NCBI GenBank assembly: GCA_041675505.1 | Contig: JBAYTR010000004.1 | Coordinates: 52,036-116,035 of the forward strand | DNA from: Bacteroidia bacterium | GTDB lineage: Bacteria > Bacteroidota > Bacteroidia > UKL13-3 | Direction: 5' to 3' | DNA: 64,000 nucleotides | Shown here: in pieces, positions 37,874-47,676 of the stretch | Layout: every line of letters begins with the position of its first letter | Position numbering within the stretch: the first letter of the stretch is position 1 | Made by a program: the position numbers and the translations under genes | The notes under the pieces: model-generated | Told to the model about the DNA's origin: nothing | What the model saw: only the letters and a program-made list of their open reading frames with translations | Database searches by the model: none

Positions 37874-38944
37874 ATGAAACAACAATTACTTTCTTTATTT
37901 GCTATTTCGATTGTTCCGGCAATCTCCTTTGCACAGGTAAGTTTTACAGTAGCCAATGCGCCTGTAAACAATACCATGTTTACGTACCATGATGCCAATG
38001 AGCCCAATCCTCCGTTTGTGTTCAGCAAAAGCGGCACAACTAATACATGGAACTTCACCAATGTTCCCGCAGTAACCGGTGCCGATGACACATCTTATGT
38101 GCGCACGCCTTCGCAGGTAAACGGCAACAGCAACTTCCCGGGAGCAACTCATGTAATGTGGGAAGTAGGTGACAATTCACAAAAATTTGCAAAGATTGAC
38201 GCCACCGGAGCTTATCTTATAGGTATGTATGGTGACGTTTTCGGTACAGGTACCGATGTAGCACTTAAATTTCCTGCTCCCCTTAAAGTATACTCTTTCC
38301 CGGTACAATACGGCAGCATCAACAACACCAATCCTGTTATTGAGTACAAAGCCTCCGGTGCATCTGTAGGGCAACCTGGCATTGATTCACTTTGGTACAA
38401 ATCAACGCACAATGATTCAAAAGAAATTATTGCTGAAGGAAGCATGGTTGTGCCAATGGGTACCTTCCCTGCCTTACTGGAAGTTAGCAGAGAAAATGTA
38501 ATTGACAGCCTTTTTATCAAAACCAGCGCAACAGCCGGACAGTGGGTACTTGCTCCCGGATTTCCGAAAGTAACACATGATTCTACTTTTTACTGGTACG
38601 GCAACCAATACCTGCATCAATATGCCCACGTTATTTACAAAAACGGATTGGTAACAGACGTAAACTACATCAAATCTGTTACGGTTAGTCAGGTGAGCAG
38701 TACACCGGAAGTTGCAGCCAACGTGGTTTCACTTTATCCTAATCCTGCGCAATCAACCTTACACTTCAACAACAGCAGTGAAATTGAACAACTCCTTATC
38801 CGCGATGTTACCGGTGCCACATTACTCACCCAAACAGGCAACTGTGACGAAATTGATATTCAGCAATTGGCTAAAGGCATTTACTTCATTCAGGTGAACC
38901 AACACAACAACCGTTCACAAACATTGAAGTTCGTAAAACTGTAA
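37874..38944 (+). CDS. T9SS-sorted secreted protein
   Basis: Signal peptide and a C-terminal T9SS type-A sorting domain (LYPNPAQSTLHF ... GIYFIQV ... LKFVKL). Confidence 0.8.
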   Translation: MKQQLLSLFAISIVPAISFAQVSFTVANAPVNNTMFTYHDANEPNPPFVFSKSGTTNTWNFTNVPAVTGADDTSYVRTPSQVNGNSNFPGATHVMWEVGDNSQKFAKIDATGAYLIGMYGDVFGTGTDVALKFPAPLKVYSFPVQYGSINNTNPVIEYKASGASVGQPGIDSLWYKSTHNDSKEIIAEGSMVVPMGTFPALLEVSRENVIDSLFIKTSATAGQWVLAPGFPKVTHDSTFYWYGNQYLHQYAHVIYKNGLVTDVNYIKSVTVSQVSSTPEVAANVVSLYPNPAQSTLHFNNSSEIEQLLIRDVTGATLLTQTGNCDEIDIQQLAKGIYFIQVNQHNNRSQTLKFVKL

Positions 38945-38962
38945 CCTTTTTTATTTTACCTG

Positions 38963-38991
38963 AAAGGCCCGCTTTGTCGGGCCTTTTTTTA
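38963..38991 (+). terminator. Rho-independent terminator
   Basis: aggcccg-ctttgt-cgggcct stem-loop followed by a T7 run. Confidence 0.75.
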
Positions 38992-39113
38992 TGATTATCA
39001 ATCATCTATACAACTTTTGCGCATATGTTGAAAAGAAGTGAACTGTTTTGTGCGCTTCTTTATTCAATTTCGGTAAAGTTCCACACCATTAATTTCACCT
39101 TATAAACCTGCGA

Positions 39114-40457
39114 ATGGCGCTAAAGAAAAAAGAGAAAAAAGAAAAGAAGGCTTTTGTTCTCGACACCTCCGTAATACTCTACGATCATAACGCTGTAAAA
39201 AACTTTGACGAGCATGATGTAGCCATCCCCATTACTGTTTTAGAAGAGCTGGATAATTTTAAAAAGGGCAACGATATTATCAATTTTGAAGCCCGCGAAT
39301 TCATCCGCTTTTTAGATAAACTTTCGGGCGAGTATACCCTCAACAATTGGATACCATTGAATGGCCCTACCAAAGGAAAATTCAGGGTACTGATGAATGA
39401 AAAAAGTTTGCAGGATGCAGAAAAAATATTCGGGGAACGAAAGGCCGACCACCGCATCTTAAATGCAGCTCTGGCGCTTCAGAAAGAAATGCCCGACCGC
39501 AAAGTGGTGCTGGTAACCAAAGACGTTAACCTGCGTTTAAAGGCCAAGTCGCTCAGCCTCCCTGCGGAGGATTATGAAACCGGAAAAATAAAGGACCTCG
39601 AAGGGCTTTACACCGGCCGTTCCATTATAGAAGGCGTAAAACCTGAAGTGATTGACACCCTTTACCACGAAGGTTTTATTGAATGGAAAAAAGTTTTCAA
39701 AAACAAGCCTTTTGCCAATCACTACTACATTCTTAAAAACAGCAAAACTTCTGTACTTTCTTTTTACAATCCGATAGAAGACCGACTGGACAAAGTAGAA
39801 AAGAAAGGTTGTTACGGAATAAAACCCCGCAATGCAGAACAGGCCTTTGCTTTACATGCTATACTGAACACCAACATTCCTTTGGTAACTATACAAGGTG
39901 TGGCAGGAACAGGTAAAACCCTGCTTGCATTGGCTGCTGCTATGGAGCAGAAAAGTAATTTCAGGCAGATATACCTCGCTCGCCCTATTGTACCCTTGAG
40001 TAATAAAGACATCGGGTATTTGCCGGGTGACGTGAAATCAAAAATAAACCCCTACATGGAACCCCTGTGGGATAACCTGAAACTGATACAAAATCAGTTT
40101 GATGAGAAGGATAAAGAACACCATAAAATTACGGACATGGTGAATCAGGAAAAGTTGGTGGTTACACCACTGGCCTACATTCGCGGACGCAGTTTATCCA
40201 ACATTATTTTCATAGTAGATGAGGCGCAAAACCTTACTCCGCATGAGGTAAAAACCATTATTACACGTGCCGGAGAGAAATCTAAAATTGTATTTACCGG
40301 AGATATTTACCAGATTGACACCCCTTACCTGGATTCACAATCAAACGGTTTATCGTACATGATTGATAAGGTAAAAAATCATCCGCTTTATGCCCACATT
40401 ACCTTAGAAAAAGGAGAACGCTCTGAACTGGCTAACTTAGCCAACGAGTTGCTATAA
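39114..40457 (+). CDS. PIN-domain/PhoH-like ATPase
   Basis: N-terminal PIN (FVLDTSVIL...), Walker A GVAGTGKT and Walker B IIFIVDEAQN. Confidence 0.88.
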   Translation: MALKKKEKKEKKAFVLDTSVILYDHNAVKNFDEHDVAIPITVLEELDNFKKGNDIINFEAREFIRFLDKLSGEYTLNNWIPLNGPTKGKFRVLMNEKSLQDAEKIFGERKADHRILNAALALQKEMPDRKVVLVTKDVNLRLKAKSLSLPAEDYETGKIKDLEGLYTGRSIIEGVKPEVIDTLYHEGFIEWKKVFKNKPFANHYYILKNSKTSVLSFYNPIEDRLDKVEKKGCYGIKPRNAEQAFALHAILNTNIPLVTIQGVAGTGKTLLALAAAMEQKSNFRQIYLARPIVPLSNKDIGYLPGDVKSKINPYMEPLWDNLKLIQNQFDEKDKEHHKITDMVNQEKLVVTPLAYIRGRSLSNIIFIVDEAQNLTPHEVKTIITRAGEKSKIVFTGDIYQIDTPYLDSQSNGLSYMIDKVKNHPLYAHITLEKGERSELANLANELL

Positions 40458-40461
40458 AATT

Positions 40462-41460
40462 TTGACCGATACTGACCAAAAGGAATTCCGGCTGCAGTCA
40501 CGCGCATTAAAATGGGTGGTTGTTACAGGTGTGTTGGTAATGGGCATGAAATTTTTTGCCTATTTCCTCACTAAATCAGATGCTATTTTCAGTGATGCCT
40601 TAGAGTCCATTATCAATGTGGCTGCCGGGGCATTTGCTATTTTCAGTTTGTATTATGCGGCACAACCCAAAGATGAAAATCATCCTTACGGGCACGGTAA
40701 AATAGAATTTTTCTCAGCCGGATTTGAAGGAGCCATGATTTTGGTGGCAGGTGTTTCCATTATTGTGAAGGCCATATTTTCACTAATGGCCCAAAAACAA
40801 TTAGAGCATTTGGGCCCGGGCTTGTTAATTACAGGCGCCTCAGGTATTATCAATTTTGTGATGGGCAATGTGCTGGTAAAATATGGAAAAAAATTTCGTA
40901 GTCTTACTTTGGTGGCTGATGGCAAACACCTGCTCAGCGATACCTATTCCAGCATAGGTCTTTTTGCAGGCTTAGTACTCATTTACTTTACGGGAATTAA
41001 CTGGTTAGATGCGGCACTGGCTATCGTTTTCGGAGTGGTGATTATTTTAACCGGTTACAAACTGGTACGAAAAAGTCTGGCCGGTTTGATGGATGAAGTA
41101 GATGAAGAAGTATTGCAGGAAATTGAAACCATTATCAACGAGTACCGGCAGAAGGAATGGATAGACATTCACAACTTCAGGATTCTGAAGTACGGCAACT
41201 CCTACCACATTGATTGCCACATGACCCTGCCCTGGTATTGGAACCTCGATCGCGCACATCAGGGAGTGCAATCTTTGGAAGATGTTTTTCGAAAGCAATT
41301 TCCCGATAAAGTAGAACTCTTTATTCATGCCGATCCGTGCCTTCCTGTCTCTTGTCACATATGTCAGATAGAAGAGTGTAAAGAACGAAAACATCCTTTC
41401 CGCCAAACTGTGGAATGGAAAATAAACCGACTAATTAAGAACGAAAAGCACCAACTATAA
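40462..41460 (+). CDS. Cation diffusion facilitator family transporter
   Basis: Six TM helices with SDALESIINV and HLLSDTYSS metal-site motifs, and a C-terminal cytoplasmic domain. TTG start. Confidence 0.85.
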   Translation: MTDTDQKEFRLQSRALKWVVVTGVLVMGMKFFAYFLTKSDAIFSDALESIINVAAGAFAIFSLYYAAQPKDENHPYGHGKIEFFSAGFEGAMILVAGVSIIVKAIFSLMAQKQLEHLGPGLLITGASGIINFVMGNVLVKYGKKFRSLTLVADGKHLLSDTYSSIGLFAGLVLIYFTGINWLDAALAIVFGVVIILTGYKLVRKSLAGLMDEVDEEVLQEIETIINEYRQKEWIDIHNFRILKYGNSYHIDCHMTLPWYWNLDRAHQGVQSLEDVFRKQFPDKVELFIHADPCLPVSCHICQIEECKERKHPFRQTVEWKINRLIKNEKHQL

Positions 41461-41521
41461 TCGGTAGTGGAGTTTTCATTTATTCCTATAACTTTGTTTT
41501 TACTATATACTCACTTTACAC

Positions 41522-43399
41522 ATGAAAAAAATATGCTTTTTACTGATTGCCACTATGGCCTTCAGTATTTCAAACGCACAAATAACCATCAGCTCATCAG
41601 ATATGCCGGTGGCAGGTGACACGGTGCGTTACAGCATTTCCTCGTCTGTGGTTTCATCAGGCCTGCTTAACCAAACCGGCACCAACCAAACCTGGGATTT
41701 CAGTTTTCTTACTCCAACCAATCAGGATATTGCAGCTTTCAAAACACCTGCATCCATCAACATTGCTTACCTGCTCTCGTTCGGTTCATCCAGCTACGGA
41801 AAATATGATGGTGACATGACCATTGGCGTTGTACAAGCAACCGATGTTTACACCTTCTACAAAAACAGTTCAGGCTCTTTTGTAGCCGATGGCAGAGGCT
41901 TTACAGCAAGTGCGTCTCCGCTTCCGCTGACACAAACCTACACGGGCAAAGACATTATCTATAAATTTCCGCTCAATTACGGTAATGCTGATACCAACAG
42001 TTACTCTTCATCCGAAGCCAATGCCATAGTTGCTCAGATAGCCTCATCGGGTAGAAGAATCAACACCGTTGATGGTTGGGGTAGTATCACCACACCTTAC
42101 GGAACATTCAACTGCATACGTGTAAAAAGTGTGGTACGGCACACCGACACGCTCAAAACACAATTTATTAACCTGCCCGTAACCAAAAATTTTACTGAGT
42201 ACAAATGGCTCGCAGCCGGGCAAAAAATACCGGTTCTGGAAATTGTGGTGACCACAGGCATTGGCGGTTCTACGGTTATACGTTACCGCGATGTTTACCG
42301 TGCTTCTGTATTTGTAAACAAAGCCCGCTTTACTGCATCACGAACAAAAGCCACCGTTACTGATACAATAACCTTTACTGACCAAAGTCTAGTTACTCCG
42401 GCTGCTCCTACCGCATGGCAATGGACCATTACACCCAATACGTTCCAATACGTTGGTGGCACAAATGCCTCTTCACAAAACCCCAAAGTACTCTTTAGCG
42501 ATACCGGATTTTATTCTGTAAAACTCAGAGCCGCTTATGCAGCAGGTAGTGACGATACCTTGCGCAGTAATTACATACAAATCGGCTCAACACCGGTAGT
42601 TGCTTTCGGAGTTGATAAACAAGTAACCACGCCTTCCATATCTGTCAACTTTACCGATAGCTCAACCAATGCACCCACTGCTTGGCTGTGGAGCTTCTCT
42701 CCCAATACCATCAGTTACATTGGCGGAACAAGTCAGACTTCACAAAACCCTAAAGTAATTTTTAATGATACCGGTTATTACCATGTAACTCTTCGGGCCA
42801 CGAATGCCTTTGGAAATAAATCGTTGCAAAAAACTTCTTACATTCATGTGGTGAATCAACTTTCTCCACCACCGGTAGCAGGTTTTAGTGCCGATAACCT
42901 GTACCCTACACTTAGCACAGTGGTAAGTTTTACAGACTCTTCCTCAAACAATCCCACATCGTGGTTGTGGACCTTTGCACCTAACACCGTAAGTTATGTT
43001 GGCAGTTCCTCCGCTTCACAAAATCCTAAGGTAGTATTCTCAGCAACCGGTTTCTATTCCGTTACCCTTAAAGCTAGCAATGCTTTTGGTTTTGATGAAG
43101 AGATACAAACCAATTATATACGGGTAATAGGCACAGGAATAAATACGATAGAAGAAGTATTCCATTTCTCTGTATTCCCAAATCCGGCAAAAGCACAAGC
43201 CATGATTAGCTGGAGCAGCAGAGGAGAAAATGCAACAGGTCGTTTAACGGATGTAACAGGCAAAAGCATACAAACCTTCACCATACCGGCACAAAACAAC
43301 ACATACGTTTTGCCTCTATCATCGTTGGCAGCGGGCATATATTTCATTCAATTGCAAACAACGGAGGGAACATTCACTCAAAAACTAATCATTGAATAA
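41522..43399 (+). CDS. T9SS-sorted protein with three tandem PKD domains
   Basis: The N-domain is paralogous to 37874..38944. Three ~90-aa PKD repeats (FTD.S...P..W.W.F.PNT...G......QNPKV.F...G.Y.V.L.A.N) span about nt 42323..43132. T9SS CTD reads FPNPAKAQA...GIYFIQL. Confidence 0.85.
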   Translation: MKKICFLLIATMAFSISNAQITISSSDMPVAGDTVRYSISSSVVSSGLLNQTGTNQTWDFSFLTPTNQDIAAFKTPASINIAYLLSFGSSSYGKYDGDMTIGVVQATDVYTFYKNSSGSFVADGRGFTASASPLPLTQTYTGKDIIYKFPLNYGNADTNSYSSSEANAIVAQIASSGRRINTVDGWGSITTPYGTFNCIRVKSVVRHTDTLKTQFINLPVTKNFTEYKWLAAGQKIPVLEIVVTTGIGGSTVIRYRDVYRASVFVNKARFTASRTKATVTDTITFTDQSLVTPAAPTAWQWTITPNTFQYVGGTNASSQNPKVLFSDTGFYSVKLRAAYAAGSDDTLRSNYIQIGSTPVVAFGVDKQVTTPSISVNFTDSSTNAPTAWLWSFSPNTISYIGGTSQTSQNPKVIFNDTGYYHVTLRATNAFGNKSLQKTSYIHVVNQLSPPPVAGFSADNLYPTLSTVVSFTDSSSNNPTSWLWTFAPNTVSYVGSSSASQNPKVVFSATGFYSVTLKASNAFGFDEEIQTNYIRVIGTGINTIEEVFHFSVFPNPAKAQAMISWSSRGENATGRLTDVTGKSIQTFTIPAQNNTYVLPLSSLAAGIYFIQLQTTEGTFTQKLIIE

Positions 43400-43402
43400 A
43401 GT

Positions 43403-43753
43403 ATGTCAGAACGTTTATACGACCTTGCTACATTAAAAGATATTGGCGGAGATGACCCCGCTTTTATGAAAGAGATGGTAGAAATGTTTGCCACCATTAC
43501 ACCCGATACCTTAATCGACATTAAACAAGCCATTCAAACGGAGAACTGGCAGCAGGTAGGCAGCATTGCCCATTCATTAAAGGCCAACCTGATCAGCTAT
43601 GGGATTTCAGGGATGAAAGAAATCATTCTTCAACTGGAAAGTTGTAGTTCCAATGAGCATCCCCGAGCTTTTGCCTTAGATAACTTTGCTATATTGGAGG
43701 ACGTTTGTTCACGAGCCATACAGCAGATGCTCGAAGATTATATGCTGAAATAA
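43403..43753 (+). CDS. Hpt (histidine phosphotransfer) domain protein
   Basis: 116 aa, helical, with the phospho-accepting motif IAHSLKAN. Confidence 0.7.
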   Translation: MSERLYDLATLKDIGGDDPAFMKEMVEMFATITPDTLIDIKQAIQTENWQQVGSIAHSLKANLISYGISGMKEIILQLESCSSNEHPRAFALDNFAILEDVCSRAIQQMLEDYMLK

Positions 43754-43790
43754 TTAGCCCATTTCGGGACAAAGTACTATAATTGTAAAC

Positions 43791-44420
43791 ATGTCCCGAA
43801 AACATTTACTCCTCTGCTTTAGTGCCATAGGTCTGCTGACCATGTTTGCTGCCTGCAAAAAATATCCGGTTGACGAAGAACCTCCGGTAGTTATTGTCAC
43901 ACCTGTTGATTCAACAACATTGGTTCAGTTTACCGGTTTGATAGGTGTGGATTCCATCAAATTATATGAGAATGTAAATAACTATTTCAACACACAAATC
44001 AATCAGCGGTTTACTGCTACACCGCCCGATTCGTCCAGCATTTCTTTTAACTCCACGCTCAAACAAACCAACTCCAATACCGCCATTTTTTCGGTTAATA
44101 AATCTACCCTCCTCTTTACTGGTTCCAACCCGAGTGAAAGTGATTTTGAAAACTTTTTTCAACCGGGCAGTGTGCCTTTTGCCACATTACTTACACCCAA
44201 CGGCATCACCATAGAATGGGTTGACAAAACAGGAACAGTGTGGACCAGCAACGGAGACCAGACCGGTAGCAATTTCAACATTATTACTTCCGGAAAAAGA
44301 TTAGTCTCAGGTACTGCCTTAATGGATGTAAAGTGTTTGTTCAACTGCAAACTTTACCACACCTCAGGCCCCACGCTCAACATATCCGGCCGATTCAACG
44401 GCTCGTTTAAAAACAACTAA
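43791..44420 (+). CDS. Hypothetical lipoprotein
   Basis: Signal peptide with lipobox FAAC. Confidence 0.6.
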   Translation: MSRKHLLLCFSAIGLLTMFAACKKYPVDEEPPVVIVTPVDSTTLVQFTGLIGVDSIKLYENVNNYFNTQINQRFTATPPDSSSISFNSTLKQTNSNTAIFSVNKSTLLFTGSNPSESDFENFFQPGSVPFATLLTPNGITIEWVDKTGTVWTSNGDQTGSNFNIITSGKRLVSGTALMDVKCLFNCKLYHTSGPTLNISGRFNGSFKNN

Positions 44421-44436
44421 CCCACCAACCCAACCA

Positions 44437-45795
44437 ATGGACAAAGACAACCAACTGTTGCGAATTTTTATGGTAGAAGATGATCCGGTGTATAGCCGTA
44501 TGCTTCGCTATATACTGGAACTAAACCCCGAACATGAAGTACATGCTTTCAGCAGCGGAAAAGAATGTGTAGATAACCTGCACAAAAAACCGGATGTTAT
44601 CACGCTTGACTATTCACTCACGGATATGACCGGTGCTGACGTATTAAAGAAAATCAAAAATTTTGACCCGGACATAAACGTTATCATTCTCTCAGGCCAA
44701 ACAGACATTTCTACTGCGATTAACCTGTTGAAAGAAGGCGCTTACGATTACATTACCAAAGACAACGACACCAAAACCAGGCTGCTCAACACGCTCAACA
44801 ACATCCGCACCAAGAGTGAGTTGAAACTGGAACTGGATACCCTTAAAGAAGAACTCGAAAAAACCTATGATTTCCATAAAAGCATTGTAGGAAACAGTGA
44901 CGTGATGAAAGGCATTTTCCGTTTGCTGGAAAAAGCCCTTAAAACAGACATTACCGTTTCCATTTACGGTGAAACAGGAACAGGTAAGGAAGTGGTGGCC
45001 AAAGCCATTCACTACAACTCCATCAGAAAAAAAGAACCTTTTGTGGCAATTAACGTAACGGCCATTCCAAGGGAGTTAATTGAAAGTGAATTATTCGGGC
45101 ATGAAAAAGGAGCCTTTACAGGAGCCACAGGCCGCAAAATTGGTCGCTTTGAAGCTGCCGGAAAAGGAACCATTTTTTTGGATGAAATAGGTGAAATGTC
45201 GCTTGACATGCAAGCCAAATTGTTGCGCGTGTTGCAGGAGAAAGAAATGATTCGTGTAGGAGGAAATGAAAACGTTCCGCTCAAAGCGCGCATTGTGGTG
45301 GCCACTCACCGTAACCTGCTGGAGGAAGTAGAAAAAGGAAATTTCCGTCAGGATTTGTATTACCGTTTACTGGGTTTGCCTATTCATTTACCGCCATTGC
45401 GCGAGCGGGGCAACGACATTATTTTATTGGCCAAACATTTCTTGGATGACTTCTCACGTCAGAATAAATTAGCCAAATACTCTTTTTCAAAAGAAGCCGT
45501 TGATGTATTGCAGCGTTACCACTATCCGGGTAATGTGCGTGAACTAAAAGCCGTGGTAGAATTGGCTGCTGTTATGGCTGCCGGCCAATCCATCAAAGCG
45601 GAAGATATTCAGTTTACACGTGGCACTAAAGTAAATGAGTTGATGAATGAAGAACTTTCGCTTCGCGAATACGAAATCAGGATTCTGAAACATTTTCTCG
45701 ACAAGTACAACCACAACGTTTTGTTGGTGGCCCGCAAACTGGATATCGGTAAGTCTACCATTTACCGCCTGATGAAGGAGTACAATATAGAGTAG
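44437..45795 (+). CDS. Sigma-54-dependent response regulator (NtrC family)
   Basis: Receiver domain (phospho-accepting Asp in VITLDYSL), AAA+ GETGTGKE, the GAFTGA loop (EKGAFTGAT) and a C-terminal Fis-type HTH. Confidence 0.92.
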   Translation: MDKDNQLLRIFMVEDDPVYSRMLRYILELNPEHEVHAFSSGKECVDNLHKKPDVITLDYSLTDMTGADVLKKIKNFDPDINVIILSGQTDISTAINLLKEGAYDYITKDNDTKTRLLNTLNNIRTKSELKLELDTLKEELEKTYDFHKSIVGNSDVMKGIFRLLEKALKTDITVSIYGETGTGKEVVAKAIHYNSIRKKEPFVAINVTAIPRELIESELFGHEKGAFTGATGRKIGRFEAAGKGTIFLDEIGEMSLDMQAKLLRVLQEKEMIRVGGNENVPLKARIVVATHRNLLEEVEKGNFRQDLYYRLLGLPIHLPPLRERGNDIILLAKHFLDDFSRQNKLAKYSFSKEAVDVLQRYHYPGNVRELKAVVELAAVMAAGQSIKAEDIQFTRGTKVNELMNEELSLREYEIRILKHFLDKYNHNVLLVARKLDIGKSTIYRLMKEYNIE

Positions 45796-45821
45796 TGAAA
45801 ATATTTCCAACAACCGATAAA

Positions 45822-46394
45822 CTACTCCAACAACACCCTGCGGGTTCTTACGTAACGCAGTCGGTAATAATGCGCTTCTAAATAATCTATACGAATACCG
45901 CCCGAGGTAGAAGAGTGTATGAACCTAACAGGTTGTCCGCGTTCAGAGATTACTATGCCCACATGGCCTATGCTTCTTTTGCGGGTATTGGCTCCTTTAA
46001 AAAAAATGAGGTCGCCTTTGGTAATTTTATCTTTGGGCACTTCAATGCCGTAAAAGGATTGTCCGGCTGAGGTATGGGGCAGCTTCACTCCGAAATTTCG
46101 AAAAACATACGAGGTAAAGCCCGAACAATCGAATCCTTTATCTGTGCTTCCTCCCCTGCGGTAGCGTAAACCCATATAATTGGTAGCAAATTTTACCACC
46201 TCTTCCCGCTTGGGTTTTGGCCGGTTGCCGGGAAAATAATAGGGTTCATCCTCTTCATACGTAGCAGAAAGAGAATCAGCAATAATCATGGAATCTATAA
46301 CGTGTTTGTACCTCTCCTCGCTCATTTTCTGAGCTTTAGCACCCAAAAAGGCACTTAGCGCAAGTAGCAGTAAAACACGTAATCGAAGTAACAT
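45822..46394 (-). CDS. NlpC/P60 (C40) family peptidase
   Basis: Signal peptide. Catalytic Cys context GFDCSGF and a downstream His (IGHVGIV). Confidence 0.85.
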   Translation of the reverse strand: MLLRLRVLLLLALSAFLGAKAQKMSEERYKHVIDSMIIADSLSATYEEDEPYYFPGNRPKPKREEVVKFATNYMGLRYRRGGSTDKGFDCSGFTSYVFRNFGVKLPHTSAGQSFYGIEVPKDKITKGDLIFFKGANTRKRSIGHVGIVISERGQPVRFIHSSTSGGIRIDYLEAHYYRLRYVRTRRVLLE

Positions 46395-46498
46395 AGGCCC
46401 GTCAATTTACAAAAATTGTACCTTAAGCCAAGGGCAAAGCTGACGATGATTGTGTGTCAGCTAATTAAAAAACTCTTTCCATTGGGCAATAAATCCCT

Positions 46499-46506
46499 TA
46501 TTTTTG
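46499..46506 (+). promoter_or_regulatory. Candidate -7 promoter box for bamD
   Basis: TATTTTTG matches TAnnTTTG, 14 nt upstream of the GTG at 46521. A TTG lies at 46482..46484. Confidence 0.4.
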
Positions 46507-46520
46507 CGGTTTATTGCATC

Positions 46521-47333
46521 GTGCGCCTTTACGTAATTTACATATTTTCAGCCCTTATTCTGCTGTTCAGTTCCTGCAGCAAGTACAACCGTGTGCTTAA
46601 GAACCCCGACTACGCGGAGAAACTGAAAGCAGCAGAAAAGTACTATGCCAAGAAAGACTATTTCAGAGCTTTAACGCTTTATGAGCAACTGCAGGACTAC
46701 TACAGCGGCACAGCCAAAGCAGAGGAAATGATGTATTACAACGCTTACTGTAATTACAACCTTCGCCAGTACACCATAGCCGGTTACCTCTTTAAAACTT
46801 ACGTAGAAAGTTACCCCGCAGCCAAACATACCGAAGAGTGTTATTACATGTATGCCAACTGCATTATGGAAGAAACGTACTCATCAGAACTGGACCAGAG
46901 CAACACACTCAAAGCTATTGAAGAGTATAAAATATTTGCCACACTTTTCCCTGAGAGCAAACACATTGAGCAATGCAACGCCAACATTGATAAAATGCGG
47001 GCAAAGCTGGCTGAAAAGACTTACAGAGGCGCAAAGCTTTATTACCGTGTGGAAGATTATAAGGCCGCCATTGTTGCGCTGAAGAATGCTATTAAAGACT
47101 TCCCCGATTTGCCTCAACGCGAAGAAGTGGAATTCCTGATTGTAAAATCATATTTTCTGCTGGCCAAAAACAGCGTAGAAGAAAAAAAGCAGGAACGCCT
47201 GGAGGCCACCGTAAAAGCCTACAACAGTTTTATTGAAAGTTACCCTACGGGCAAGTACCGTAAAGAAGCAGATTACCTTATCTTGCAAACCAACAGTCTC
47301 CTTAAAAAATATTCATCCGAAAATAAATCTTAA
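46521..47333 (+). CDS. bamD: Outer membrane protein assembly factor BamD (TPR lipoprotein)
   Basis: A GTG at 46521 yields a signal peptide ending in the lipobox LFSSC. The body is TPR-like (YYAKKDYFRALTLYEQL...) and lies directly upstream of rpoZ, as is usual in Bacteroidota. Track ORF start 46416 is less likely. Confidence 0.75.
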   Translation: MRLYVIYIFSALILLFSSCSKYNRVLKNPDYAEKLKAAEKYYAKKDYFRALTLYEQLQDYYSGTAKAEEMMYYNAYCNYNLRQYTIAGYLFKTYVESYPAAKHTEECYYMYANCIMEETYSSELDQSNTLKAIEEYKIFATLFPESKHIEQCNANIDKMRAKLAEKTYRGAKLYYRVEDYKAAIVALKNAIKDFPDLPQREEVEFLIVKSYFLLAKNSVEEKKQERLEATVKAYNSFIESYPTGKYRKEADYLILQTNSLLKKYSSENKS

Positions 47334-47337
47334 GATT

Positions 47338-47673
47338 ATGGCTAATATCACACAGTACCAAAATGTACCTACATCAACTATTCCACGCGACTTAACCAAG
47401 CTGGAAGACAAAACAGGTAACATTTATGAGTCTATCTCTATCATCTCCAAACGCGCTAACCAAATCTCAGCCCAGTTGAAAGAAGAGTTAACTTCTAAAC
47501 TGAATGAGTTTGCTTCAGACAGCGATACTTTGGAAGAAGTATTTGAAAACCGTGAACAGATTGAAATCTCTGCTTTCTACGAGCGTTTACCAAAGCCCGT
47601 TATGATTGCTACTGAAGAGTTCATGGCCGACAAGGTTTACTTCCGCAATCCTGCCAGAGAGAACCAGAAATAA
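47338..47673 (+). CDS. rpoZ: DNA-directed RNA polymerase subunit omega (Bacteroidota type)
   Basis: TGNIYESISIISKRANQI ... EEVFENREQIEIS.FYERLPKP is the pattern I recall for Bacteroidota omega. The ATG at 47338 removes the overlap with bamD. Confidence 0.75.
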   Translation: MANITQYQNVPTSTIPRDLTKLEDKTGNIYESISIISKRANQISAQLKEELTSKLNEFASDSDTLEEVFENREQIEISAFYERLPKPVMIATEEFMADKVYFRNPARENQK

Positions 47674-47676
47674 TTC

